64,000 bases of DNA from Dehalococcoidia bacterium (GCA_965222895.1 CBDCVB010000002.1:1005608-1069607), one strand, 5' to 3'; shown: positions 1 through 9,400, counted from the first letter of the stretch. Translations and numbers: made by a program. The notes: generated from the sequence alone by a model not told the origin.

Positions 1-1118
1 TCGATGCGTCGGCACAGTTTGGCCTGGGTTGCCGAGGGGTCGTGAAGGAAGGGTTGGCAGATGGTCAGCAGCTGCCGTTCCAGAACCAGTTGTGCGGTGC
101 GCCGCCGCTTGGTCTGGGGATGGGCGCTGGCTTTGGCCCGGTCGTAAATCTCGTGGACGGCGTCGGCCCACTGCGCCAGCTTTCGGTCCTTCGGATAGAG
201 GACCTTCAGGTCGTGAATGTTCCGCAACAGATGAACCCAGCAGCGTTGCTTGGGGCCGTCGTAATGGTGGTAGGCGGCGTAGAAATCGCTGACCAGCACG
301 CCGGAGAAGGTGTCGCCCAGAGCTTCATCCACCACTTCCTTGTTGCGACCCCGCCGCAGGAAGTAGCGCGCCGATGGTGTGCTGAAAGTCCACACGTAGC
401 CGTTGTGGCCATCCTCACGCCAGCCGGTCTCGTCGGCGTGGACCACTGGGCTGGCGCGGATCTCGGCCAGGATCCGGTCCACTGCGGCCTGGGCCTTTTG
501 CGCGGTGCGATGCACCGCAGCCATGATGGCTCCCACGCTGAGGCTTAGCCCATGGATGGTGCGCAGATACCATTGGATGGCGCCAATGGGCAGTCGGGCC
601 TCCTCTCGCAGCGTGGCGATCAGACTGACCAGGTTGATACCCATGCGCTGCTGGCCCATCACCACGCCGTCCAGTTGCGCCGGGGGCACGCAGCGGCGTC
701 GGCACCCCGGACAATCCCTGGCGATGTAGACGTGCTCGGTAACTTCCGCCGGAACCTGGGGCAACTCGATGACCTCCCGCGTGCGCTGGGTCCAGCCGCC
801 GGATAACAGCGTTCCGCAGTCGGGGCAGTGGTCCACCACATGCTCCACCCGACGGGTGGGCGTCATGCGACGGCGGGCAAAGCCGTGGGGCCGGGGCTGG
901 CGTGGCGCTTTGGGCTGGGCCGGTTTCCGGCTGGCTTCGGGTTTGACACCGGGCATCCCCCGGGCGCCACTGGGTTTGGCCCGCCCTTCCAGCTGAGCAA
1001 TCCGCCTCTCCAGGCGCTCGTTGATCGCCTGCTGCCTGGCTATGATGGCCTCCTGCCGTATGACGATGGCGATGAGCACATCGCGGTCAGCGGTGGACAG
1101 GTCGATTTCCGGATTCAT
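1..1118 (-). CDS. IS66 family transposase (TnpC-like), partial at window edge
   Basis: Reverse-strand frame from ATG (cat 1116-1118) reads MNPEIDLSTADRDVLIA... and parallels ORF 10938-12329. Absent from the ORF track because no stop lies inside the window. Confidence 0.8.
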   Translation of the reverse strand, partial: MNPEIDLSTADRDVLIAIVIRQEAIIARQQAINERLERRIAQLEGRAKPSGARGMPGVKPEASRKPAQPKAPRQPRPHGFARRRMTPTRRVEHVVDHCPDCGTLLSGGWTQRTREVIELPQVPAEVTEHVYIARDCPGCRRRCVPPAQLDGVVMGQQRMGINLVSLIATLREEARLPIGAIQWYLRTIHGLSLSVGAIMAAVHRTAQKAQAAVDRILAEIRASPVVHADETGWREDGHNGYVWTFSTPSARYFLRRGRNKEVVDEALGDTFSGVLVSDFYAAYHHYDGPKQRCWVHLLRNIHDLKVLYPKDRKLAQWADAVHEIYDRAKASAHPQTKRRRTAQLVLERQLLTICQPFLHDPSATQAKLCRRI

Positions 1119-1206
1119 ACCCGTTATATGACATAACCACAACCCCTCGCGCCAGCCATCCCCGAACCTCTTTGAACCAATTCCCCCACCAAGTCTGAAC
1201 AGTTAC
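1..1206 (-). mobile_element. IS66-family insertion sequence, copy 1 (runs off window start)
   Basis: Clearly homologous but diverged relative to the complete copy at 10930-12381. Same terminal sequence ...CAAGTCTGAACAGTTAC, ending at 1206. Confidence 0.85.
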
Positions 1207-1352
1207 TCGGCAATGTGGCAATCCGCTCCCATTATGGTGGTTCGGCAGTGATGGTCCCGGTGCTTAGCGTGGGATGTTGACGCAATCGTCGGCCCGGGCG
1301 CGTCCGGCCAGGGGAGCCGCGGAGACGATGCCCGGGCCGTTGCCTTGGTCCT

Positions 1353-1823
1353 GTGTCAGGGCTTGATGAAGGTGATCACCTCCGCCACGTCGCTGAGGGG
1401 TATGCGGCGACGGCGGGCCAGGTTGTTTCGGTGGGCTTCACCACCGCAGCGGCCCTGGTCCACGAACTCATGGAGGCCAGGGACGACCGCAGGCTGCTCA
1501 ACCTGCAGCGGCAGCTATCCCGCCTCAATCTGCTCATCGTCGACGAATTGGGCTTCGTGCCTCTGTCCCCCACCGGTGCGGAACTGCTCTTCGAGGTCTT
1601 CAGCCAACGCTACGAACGGGGCTCCATCCCGGTCACCACCAACCTCCCCTTCAATGAGTGGACCGAGGTCATCGGGTCGGAAAGACTCACCGGCGCGCTG
1701 CTGGATCGTCTCACCCATCACGTGCACATCCTGAAGATGAACGGCGACTGCTACCGCCTCAAGGACAGCCGTCAGAGCGCCGCCGCGCTAGCGCCAGTGT
1801 CGGACCGGCCAGCCGCCGATTAG
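1353..1823 (+). pseudogene. IstB-like ATPase of an IS21-family element, N-terminally truncated or degenerate
   Basis: LLIVDELGFVP, FEVFSQRYERGS, NLPFNEWTEV and LDRLTHHVHILKMNGDCYRLK are IstB motifs. The Walker A position reads SGLDEGDH instead of GxxGxGKT. The N-terminal ~100 aa are missing, next to the IS66 end at 1206. Confidence 0.8.
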
Positions 1824-1953
1824 TGCCCCGCCAACCCGGCCCCGCTGTCCAGGCGGGGCCCCTCCCCACTGGCCAGGCCGTGACCGTCAGGCATCACCCC
1901 GGTGGTACAGTTTTCCTCCGCCACAGTGGTACGTTTTACCGCCGCCCTTGACA
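1800..1953 (+). repeat. IS21-type right terminal region (last istB codons plus multi-repeat end ...GGTGGTACAGTTTTCCTCCGCCACAGTGGTACGTTTTACCGCCGCCCTTGACA)
   Basis: Follows the IstB stop. A second related copy lies at 8513-8667. Confidence 0.7.
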
Positions 1954-2275
1954 GGTTGGCGGTCTGACGGTGCATCCGCTCGCGGCGTGCCTGCTCCAGG
2001 AGTGCGTTGATGTGCGAGTCCACATCCGGCGGGTCTTCGCCCGGTTCGTATTTCCTGCGGAGCATCATCCCCGCTCCCTCTTCCGGCGGACGAAACGGCG
2101 GCCAGGTGGGTTGACGCTGGCCGCTGGGGTCTGGCCGTCTCTCGCTGTCGTGGTAGTCGGGCAAGCGCTCGTACCCGACGTCCAGCTCACGCAGCCAGAA
2201 AGTTGTCTCGGTATGCCAGAACTCGTGCATCGACCAGCCCTCCGACGATTCACGGCGGTTCTGGTCACATGCCAT
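1820..2275 (-). CDS. hypothetical protein fragment whose 3' end runs into the IS21 end
   Basis: ORF 1820-2422, no recognisable domain. Boxed between the IS21 end and a truncated LLM gene. Confidence 0.2.
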   Translation of the reverse strand: MACDQNRRESSEGWSMHEFWHTETTFWLRELDVGYERLPDYHDSERRPDPSGQRQPTWPPFRPPEEGAGMMLRRKYEPGEDPPDVDSHINALLEQARRERMHRQTANLSRAAVKRTTVAEENCTTGVMPDGHGLASGEGPRLDSGAGLAGH

Positions 2276-2348
2276 CAGCCCGCCCAGGCTCAGATGCACC
2301 GCATCCCAATCGGCGGACGCCGCGCCCCAGCCGGGGACCAGCCGGTCG

Positions 2349-2729
2349 TCATCGGACCTCGCGCAGGATAAGCGACGCAAAGGCGACGCCCAGACGCAGC
2401 CTGCCGCCGCAGAGCACGTCAATCTCGGCGGCCTGCTTGGCCACCAAGGCGTTATGGCGTTGCGGCAGAATCAGGATACCGGTGGCGAACCCCATGCCGG
2501 GGACGATCGCCGACAAGTAGCCCATCAGGGTCAAGGACTTGTGCACCACGACCTGGTGGTTGTACATGCCGTACGAGGTGTGATTGTGGTGGTCGGGATC
2601 GGCTCCCAGCACGTGGTCGGCGATGAAGAAGTAGGAATATCCCATGTCCCGCGCCGCCTCGGCGGAGTCACGCACGGCGTGGCGATCCGGCTCGATCTCG
2701 GTCTGGGGAAATGTGACGCCTATTTCCAT
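2349..2729 (-). pseudogene. LLM-class flavin/F420-dependent oxidoreductase, N-terminal fragment only
   Basis: MEIGVTFPQTE...MGYSYFFIADHVLGA...LVAKQAAEIDVLCGGRLRLGV is the typical LLM N-terminus. Homology stops after ~115 aa. ATG at 2727-2729. Confidence 0.7.
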
Positions 2730-2788
2730 CTGCTCACTCTTTCCGTGTATCTGCCAGCGCAACTGTGCAGTTGCGCCACCCACCAGGC

Positions 2789-3972
2789 TTACAGGAGCCG
2801 GCCCTTTAGCGACTCGAACTCCTCGCGGGTTATGTAGCCTTGGTCCAGCAGACGTGCCAGGCGCTCCAGCTCGCCCACCACGCCGCCGGCGCTGTCCGGG
2901 CCCGGGTCCTGGGCAACGGCGCGATCTACCCGCTTCACGTCGGTCACGCCGCAGAGGCCCATGGCCACGCTGAGCTCGGTGCGCAGGATCTCCAGGCAGT
3001 GGCGGACGCCCTCTTCGCCGTTGACCGACAGCCCCCAGAAGATGGGCCGGCCCACGAAGACCGCCCGGGCGCCCAAGGCCAGCGCCTTCAGCACATCGGC
3101 ACCCTTGCGGACGCCGCCGTCGACATAGACCTCCAGCCGGTCCCCCACGGCGTCTGCGATCTTGGGCAACATCTCGATGGTGCCTTCGGTGCCCTGCAAC
3201 GCGTGGCCGCCGTGGTTCGAGACCACCAGCGCCTCGCAGCCGTACTCGGCGCAAAGGCGGGCGTCCTCGGCCGTTTGCACACCCTTGATGACCAGCGGCA
3301 TCGAGGTGATGGAGCGCAGCCACTCCAGGTCGGACCAGTTGAGGCCCGACTCGAAGCTCTCGGCGAAGTTCTCCCGCGTGGGCAGGTTGGGCAGCTCGAT
3401 TCCCTCGAAGTTCTTCAGGGTGCGTTCCTGGTCCAGAGTGTAGGCGTAACGGTACTCCCGCTCCCGGGAGTTGGCGCCCAGGTTGTCCACCGTGAGCATC
3501 ATGGCCTTGTAGCCCGCCTGTTCCGCCCGGCGCACCAGGATCTCGGCAGTTCCCGGTTCTCGAAGAAGTAGAGCTGAAACCAAAGCGAATTGGTGGCAAC
3601 CTCGGCCACTTCCTCAATGCTGTAGCTGGAGGCGGTGCTGAGCCCCAGGATGGTCCCCGCGCCGCCGGCGGCCCGGGTGGAAGCCAACTCGCCCATGGGG
3701 TGGGCGCGCTGGTGGGTGCCGGTGGGGGCCAGCATCACCGGCATGCTTATCTCTTCGCCCAGGACCGTGGTGGTCATTTCCCGCTGGGTGACGTCCACCA
3801 GGATCCGGGGACGCAGCTTGACTTCGCTCATGGCCTGGACGTTAGTGGTGTTGGTTATCCAGTCGTGCGCACCCAGGTCGCCGAACAGCCGGTCGAACAG
3901 GGCTTGGGGCATGGTCTGCTTGGCGCGGGCTTCGTAGTCGCCAATGGTCAGCAGGGTCGGCTGGGTAGTCAT
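2789..3972 (-). pseudogene. FMN-dependent alpha-hydroxy-acid dehydrogenase/oxidase (LldD/glycolate-oxidase family) with C-terminal SHOCT-like tail; one frameshift
   Basis: The N-terminal half (ORF 3499-4080 from MTTQPTLL, ATG 3972, GGAGG upstream) and the C-terminal half (ORF 2789-3583, SNHGGHALQG, GGVRKGADVLKALALGA) are in different frames. The switch lies near 3556-3569, after WFQLYFF. The tail reads ELERLARLLDQGYITREEFESLKGRLL. Confidence 0.8.
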
Positions 3973-4009
3973 GCGTCCTCCGTAGTGGATTGTGTGTGGC
4001 GGGCCGGCG

Positions 4010-4574
4010 TCAGCAGTCCGACCCGAACCCGTTGGGATGGTCCGGCCCGGCGGTGCGCTGCCGGAGCAGGTAGTAGCCAACAGCGAATATGGCGGCCAGG
4101 GCCAGCACTAGATAGGGCCAGGCAACAACGTGCGACATGTGGCCCAGGAAGGAAACGATCAGGAATACCCCGGCCAGCACCGGGATCATCAGCACCGGGA
4201 CCACCGCCGCTTCGGCCACCTGGGGTGGCCAGCGTGAAAATTGACTTCAGGCGCGAGCCGGACCACGGCTCCGGACGCGCTGCCGAGCGCTCTTCCGACT
4301 GCTGTTGCCAGATACGCCACACTAGGAGGACGAACATGAAGATGGCTACGGGCAGGGCGTACTGCCAGACGTCCCCCAGGAAGAAGCGGAAGAAGAACAG
4401 CATCGCCCCAGCCCGGGTGATGGAAGCCAACGCGCATAGTGCCACGGTGGGCAGCGCCATCCTGATCTCTTCGCGGTGAGCGCCGATGAAGGAGTTGGAA
4501 CGCAGGACTTCGAGGAAAGCCAGAACGGCCAGGCCGACTACTACGACTCCAATCCATACGGCTACTTCAAGCAT
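4010..4574 (-). CDS. hypothetical membrane protein(s), possibly one gene split by a frameshift near 4220
   Basis: Hydrophobic segments MLEVAVWIGVVVVGLAVLAF..., AMLFFFRFFLG and PVAIFMFVLLVW (start 4574). A second frame gives AAVVPVLMIPVLAGVFLIVSFLG and VVAWPYLVLALAAIFAVGYYL (4010-4219). Confidence 0.35.
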
Positions 4575-4740
4575 ATCGTCATGGCTGCCGGGGTCCGTAG
4601 TTTTTTGTGCGCTCCTCGCCAAGCCATGGTACGGATGATACGCAATTCTAACAGCAGCCCGGATATTTGCGAAGGGAGAAGCGGTTTCATGCCGGGAAGC
4701 GGGCGGCGTTTCACCACCGTCCCGCGGGGCCCGAGGGGAA

Positions 4741-5754
4741 CTACAGGGCGTGCAACGCCGGTATGACCTCTCGGCCCACCAGGTCGATATGCTCCAGCAC
4801 CTCGGCCTGGGACATCTCCGGGTAGAACAACCGCAGAGCCACATCGGTGAACCCCATTTCGTGGTAGGCGGCGATCTGCTCGACGCATTCCTCGGGGCTG
4901 CCCACCAAGAAGGTGTCGTCCATCAGCGTTTCCAGGTCGCCAGTCACCTTCCGGGTCAGCTCGTCGTCGGTGCCGTGGAGACCGTGATTGGCGTAGACTT
5001 CGTACTTCTTGGCGAAGTTGGCCTTTGCCCGCTCCAGCGCCTCCTCGTGGGTCGGGGCGCAGAAGAACTCGCGCACGATGACCATCTCCTCGGGAACGTC
5101 GTAGCCGTTTTCCTCGAGGGTCTGATGGTACAGCGATATCTGGCGCCGGATGGTGGCGTTGGACTGGGCGGGTCCGACGTAGAGGATGTCGCCGCCCCGG
5201 CCGACCCGGCGCACCGCGGGATCGCTCATCGCGGCCTGCCAGATCTTGGGGTGGGGTTTCTGGTAGGGCCGGGCGGTGGGCCGCGCTCCGGTTACGTTGT
5301 AGTAGCGGCCGTGGTGGGTCACCTCTTCGTCGCTCCACAGCCGGCGCATCAGGCCGAGAGCCTCGGTACAGCGGGCGCCGCGCTGGGACATCTTCGTTCC
5401 GAAGGCTTCACACTCCTCCGGGCGGTAACCCAGCCCGATACCGAGGATGAAGCGCCCTTCCGCGATGTGGTCGAGGGTCGCCGACTGCTCGGCGACCTCC
5501 ACGGGATTCAGCAACGGCAGCAATAGGACCGAGGTGGCCAGCTTCATGTTTCCCGGCTCGGCGGCCAACCGCGCCAGTACCGGCCAGGGCTGGAAGTGCT
5601 GGAAGGGGTCGATCAGGTAGTGGTGTGCCCAGCAATAGATGTCGAACCCGGCGTCGCGGGAGGCTCGGAACTGCTCCAGGTGGTTCCGCCACTGTTGCTG
5701 ATGGTCGATGCTGTCCCGCTGCACCACCTGCCCAACCTGATAACCAACGCGCAT
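4741..5754 (-). CDS. LLM-class flavin-dependent oxidoreductase (luciferase-like monooxygenase family)
   Basis: 337-aa ORF with LLPLLNPVEVAEQSATLDHIAEGRFILGIGLGYRPEE, typical of LLM. Confidence 0.85.
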   Translation of the reverse strand: MRVGYQVGQVVQRDSIDHQQQWRNHLEQFRASRDAGFDIYCWAHHYLIDPFQHFQPWPVLARLAAEPGNMKLATSVLLLPLLNPVEVAEQSATLDHIAEGRFILGIGLGYRPEECEAFGTKMSQRGARCTEALGLMRRLWSDEEVTHHGRYYNVTGARPTARPYQKPHPKIWQAAMSDPAVRRVGRGGDILYVGPAQSNATIRRQISLYHQTLEENGYDVPEEMVIVREFFCAPTHEEALERAKANFAKKYEVYANHGLHGTDDELTRKVTGDLETLMDDTFLVGSPEECVEQIAAYHEMGFTDVALRLFYPEMSQAEVLEHIDLVGREVIPALHAL

Positions 5755-5833
5755 ATCCTCACCCTGACCCGCCCCAACGCGGGCGGCCTGTCCCTCCAGA
5801 AAGAGCGGCTTGAACTTCCCCGCATACCGGGCT

Positions 5834-6727
5834 CTAACCTCCGACGTGGCGGTACTTGATCAGCCGCTCGCCTTCTAGGTTCTGGTTCACGTAGATGTCG
5901 CCGTGGGAGTCGACCCAGACGGCGTGGGCGCCGTTGCCCCACCCGGCGTCCGAGGGGCTGCCCCAGCGGGCCAGGATGTCGCCCTCGATGTCCAGAATGG
6001 TCATGAAACCGTCCAGCTCCGGCACGTACACCGCCTCGTCGTCGTCGATGTAGATGTCGCAGGGTCGAGCCAGGTTCAGCCACTGTTCCAGGTAGCTGCC
6101 CTCGGAGTCGAAGATCTGGATGCGGTTGTTCTCGCGGTCGGCCACGAACACCCGCCCGTCCGTGTGCACCCAGACCCCGTGGGGGACGTGGAATTCGCCG
6201 TGACCGGTCTTCCCCGGCGCGCCCCAGGAGTCCACCAGCTCGCCTTCGGGGGTGAATCGGTGCACCCTGGCGTTGCCGTAGCCGTCGGAGATGTACAGGA
6301 GACCGTCCGGAGAAATGGCGATGTCGCTGGGGCGGTTGAATGGCCCGGCCGCCCTGACGGCCGGGTCGCTGTAGTTCCCCGACCAGCCGGTGTCTGAGGG
6401 CTTGTCCCACTCGCCCATGGTCATCAGCAGGTTGCCCTTGGGGTCGTACTTGAGGACCACGTGGCTGTTCTTGACCGGCAGGTAGAGGTTCTGGTCCTCG
6501 TCAATGAACATGCCGTGGGCGTCGGTGAGAACACCCTCACCCCAGGAGGCGAGATAGTTGCCGTCCCGGTCAAGGACGATCAGCGGGTGTTCGCCGCGGT
6601 TGAAGAGATACACCCGGTCCTCGGAGTCGGTGACGATGGCCGTCTGCCCCAGCTCCCATCCCTCGGGCAGCTTCTCCCAATTCTCGACCTGCTCGTAGGT
6701 GTACTTGCCATTGCCGACGGTGATCAT
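5834..6727 (-). CDS. NHL-repeat six-bladed beta-propeller protein (peptidyl-alpha-hydroxyglycine lyase-like)
   Basis: 297-aa ORF with repeated motifs: RPSDIAISPDGLLYISD, HGVWVHTDGRVFVADRENNRIQIF, AHAVWVDSHGDIYV. Confidence 0.75.
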   Translation of the reverse strand: MITVGNGKYTYEQVENWEKLPEGWELGQTAIVTDSEDRVYLFNRGEHPLIVLDRDGNYLASWGEGVLTDAHGMFIDEDQNLYLPVKNSHVVLKYDPKGNLLMTMGEWDKPSDTGWSGNYSDPAVRAAGPFNRPSDIAISPDGLLYISDGYGNARVHRFTPEGELVDSWGAPGKTGHGEFHVPHGVWVHTDGRVFVADRENNRIQIFDSEGSYLEQWLNLARPCDIYIDDDEAVYVPELDGFMTILDIEGDILARWGSPSDAGWGNGAHAVWVDSHGDIYVNQNLEGERLIKYRHVGG

Positions 6728-6799
6728 GTCGTCGCCTCCTCGATCGCGCCCGGGGACCCGGGGGAGTAGGTTGTTGGTCGCTCTAGGTTGTTGGTCGCT

Positions 6800-7357
6800 C
6801 TAGTAGGTTGTCAGCGTATTGATAACCGCCTGTTCCAACTCCCCGGCGCGGACCGAGACTTGGTCGGCCGTCAGACTGCCCAAGGGATGGGGAATGCCCA
6901 GTGGGTGGAAGTCGCGGCGGCCAAAGGTGCGGGCGTGGCGGAAGGCCGAGTCCAGGAACGGGTCGGTGCAGATTACCACCGTGGGGATGCCGAGGTTCTC
7001 CAGGGTCATTGCGTCGTGCATACTGCACGCGGTGCAGGAGCCTCAATCGGCAATCGCGGTGACCACGAAGTCGCACCGCTCGGAGAGCTCGCTTATGATC
7101 TCATCGGCGGCCGGCCGGGAATAGACGTACTTGTCCACGGCGACGATGTCGCCCAGTTCCAGGTCCTTGGCCAGCCGCTCGCCCAGGTTCTGCAACAGGA
7201 GCTCGGCATTGGCCTTGCGGTTGCCCAAAAGGCCACCGACCTTGTTGTGTAGCGTGTCCAACCGGGGCGCGGCCCGCCAGCGGGACGCCGCCTCCGGATC
7301 GATGGGCAGGGCCAAACCCAGTTCCCTCATCCGGTCTCGGTAGTTAGTGACAGTCAT
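6800..7357 (-). CDS. UGSC-motif selenoprotein candidate (185 aa with in-frame UGA = Sec at 7043-7045)
   Basis: The tail of ORF 7043-7753 (from MTVTNYRD, ATG 7355-7357) and ORF 6800-7021 share one frame, separated by a single TGA. The junction reads FVVTAIAD-U-GSCTACSMHDAMTLENLGIPTVV. A hairpin lies immediately downstream. Confidence 0.7.
7023..7037 (-). promoter_or_regulatory. candidate bacterial SECIS hairpin
   Basis: mRNA reads UGA GGCUC CUGCAC-CGC-GUGCAG. This is a perfect 6-bp stem beginning 5 nt after the UGA. An overlapping alternative GUGCA-GUA-UGCAC follows. Confidence 0.45.
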
Positions 7358-7379
7358 CGTTCCCTCTACAATTCTCCAA

Positions 7380-8411
7380 TCAACGTTGGATCTTTCGCGT
7401 GACCCTGCGAGAGCCCCAGCCGGGCAAGTAGGCCGAGTGGGGGCCGCCGGCGCCACCCGCGACGAAAATGTTGATGCGGTCCGGGGCGCGGACCACCGGC
7501 ACCATCTGGTCGTCGTCGTCGGCGTCGATGTACTTGGGCCAGAAGTGGCCGCGGTGGGAGTCGCCTTGAGGCGGGCCGCCCTGGCGGAGTTTCCGTACCG
7601 GCTTGCGGGCGTGCTCGAAGAGGAACTGGCGGATGTCCCGTTTGTTCCAGCCGTCGCGGTGGAGGAACTTGGCGTGCTCGGGGCCAATGACCACGAAGGT
7701 GTCACCCATGACGTACATCTGGACGTTGCCCAAGGTGCACATGGTGTCGGCAAGAACGGTCAGGAAGTTCCGCGAGTGGGAGGCGTGGTACATGATGTTG
7801 TGGGGCGCCTCCGCCGGGAACACCGACACCGTGCTGTCGGTCGGGGCGAAGCCGAGCTCGACGTGCATCGGCTCCCAAGGGTTGGCGTCCTCGTCCTCGG
7901 CAACGCAGTAGGTGTAGGCGCCGGGGTGGCCGAAGGTGGCCTTGTTAGTCTCGCCAGGTATGGCGCCGCCCAGGTTGAGCAGGACCAGCTTGACCGCGCG
8001 GCCGATGGTGGCATTGGCCCGCCAACCGGAGCCGAAGCAGTTGTAGCCGCCGTTGATGTCCAGCTCCTTGACGATGGGGCCGTTGACGATCAACAGCGGA
8101 GTGTGGATGCCGGTGGAGCACATCACGCCCCGCAGGTTGAACCGCTCGTCCATCATCGCTTCGAGGGCGGTGATGACCACCGGCATGTGCTCCGGCAGGC
8201 AGCCCGCCATGGCAGCGTTGACCGCGATGCGCTCGACGGTGGCCCGTCCGCCCAAGGGCGGCAGCTCCGCGATGAGTTCGTCGCCCCCGCGGCCCGTGCT
8301 CTCCACGAACCGGCGGACCAAGGGTTCGGATGGCGGCACGACCGGCAGGCCATCGGTCCACCCGGTCTCGAACATCAATTCGATGGCATCAGATACGTCT
8401 ATGGAAAGCAT
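7380..8411 (-). CDS. conserved hypothetical protein, co-oriented directly upstream of the selenoprotein gene
   Basis: 343-aa ORF with coding-like composition and a 22-nt gap to the next start, carrying a GAGGGA RBS. No domain recognised by eye. Confidence 0.6.
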   Translation of the reverse strand: MLSIDVSDAIELMFETGWTDGLPVVPPSEPLVRRFVESTGRGGDELIAELPPLGGRATVERIAVNAAMAGCLPEHMPVVITALEAMMDERFNLRGVMCSTGIHTPLLIVNGPIVKELDINGGYNCFGSGWRANATIGRAVKLVLLNLGGAIPGETNKATFGHPGAYTYCVAEDEDANPWEPMHVELGFAPTDSTVSVFPAEAPHNIMYHASHSRNFLTVLADTMCTLGNVQMYVMGDTFVVIGPEHAKFLHRDGWNKRDIRQFLFEHARKPVRKLRQGGPPQGDSHRGHFWPKYIDADDDDQMVPVVRAPDRINIFVAGGAGGPHSAYLPGWGSRRVTRKIQR

Positions 8412-8512
8412 TATCGGCCCATAAGGGACGTTGGATTATCCGCAGTTCAGCCGGGGCGAGTGTAATCCTCGTAGATAGTGCTGTCAACGCGACAATCGCC
8501 CACAACCCCATT

Positions 8513-8667
8513 TCGGCCCGGCCGGCCGCCGATTAGCGGCCCCGCCAACGCCGGCCTTACCACCATCTCCATAGCCGTACCGTCCCTCCTGTAAGAGCCG
8601 TCAGGCATTCTGCCGGTGGTACAGTTTTCCTCCGCCACAGTGGTACGGTTTACCGCCGTCCTTGACA
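8513..8667 (+). repeat. solo IS21-type right-end remnant (second, diverged copy)
   Basis: TCGGCCCGGCCGGCCGCCGATTAG ... GGTGGTACAGTTTTCCTCCGCCACAGTGGTACGGTTTACCGCCGTCCTTGACA matches 1800-1953. No istA or istB body is present. Confidence 0.7.
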
Positions 8668-8729
8668 TTGACCGTGATTCCATCGGTGTGCAACATTAAT
8701 GCACATCTACAGAGGCATCGAGTTCACCC

Positions 8730-9005
8730 ATGGCCAAAGTGCTATTGATCATCCCCGACGAGAACCGGGATCGTTTCGTCGACCAGGCTCGCCGGGAAGG
8801 GATGACCCTGAGCGCCTGGTTGCGAGCCGCAGCCCACGGTAGGCTCGGTCAAGGATTTCGCCGAGGCGTGTTCGATTCCCCGGACACACTGGCGGCGTTC
8901 TTCCACCAATGCGATTTGGCGGCCGGCACCGGACCTGAGCCCTACTGGCAGGAGCATCTGGCGGAAATCGACCAAGCCCGCGAAGGCGGGGCCATCGGCC
9001 AGTGA
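8730..9005 (+). CDS. type II antitoxin (VapB/RHH-like)
   Basis: 91-aa ORF immediately upstream of a PIN-domain gene, with a GTGA stop/start overlap. Confidence 0.6.
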   Translation: MAKVLLIIPDENRDRFVDQARREGMTLSAWLRAAAHGRLGQGFRRGVFDSPDTLAAFFHQCDLAAGTGPEPYWQEHLAEIDQAREGGAIGQ

Positions 9006-9400
9006 TCTTCGTCGACAGCAACGTATTCATCTACGCGGTGGGCAATCCGCAGCCGCTGCGGGATCCCGCCCGAAAGTTCTTCGCAGATTGCCAGGCCGAG
9101 GGCGTTCGCCTGATCACCTCAGCGGAGATGCTCCAGGAACTGGTCCACGTCTACTTGAGGGTGGGGCGCTTGGATGTGCTAGATGCCGCCACCACCCTGG
9201 CGACGGATGCCTACGCCGAGATCTGGTCCTTGGAAGCGGCAGACGTCGCCTTGGCGCGACGACTCCATGAGCGGTACCCGCCGCTGACCTCCCGGGACCT
9301 TTGCCACTCGGCGTGCTGCCAGCGTCGGGGCCTCAGGAACCTGAAAACCTCCGACTCCGGACTCAGAGATGTGGTTGCAGAGCCGGATGAGTCCAGGTGA
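9002..9400 (+). CDS. vapC: PIN-domain toxin (VapC family)
   Basis: MIFVDSNVFIYA (acidic D5), LITSAEMLQEL and PPLTSRDLCHSA fit the PIN pattern. GTG start overlaps the antitoxin stop. Confidence 0.75.
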   Translation: MIFVDSNVFIYAVGNPQPLRDPARKFFADCQAEGVRLITSAEMLQELVHVYLRVGRLDVLDAATTLATDAYAEIWSLEAADVALARRLHERYPPLTSRDLCHSACCQRRGLRNLKTSDSGLRDVVAEPDESR

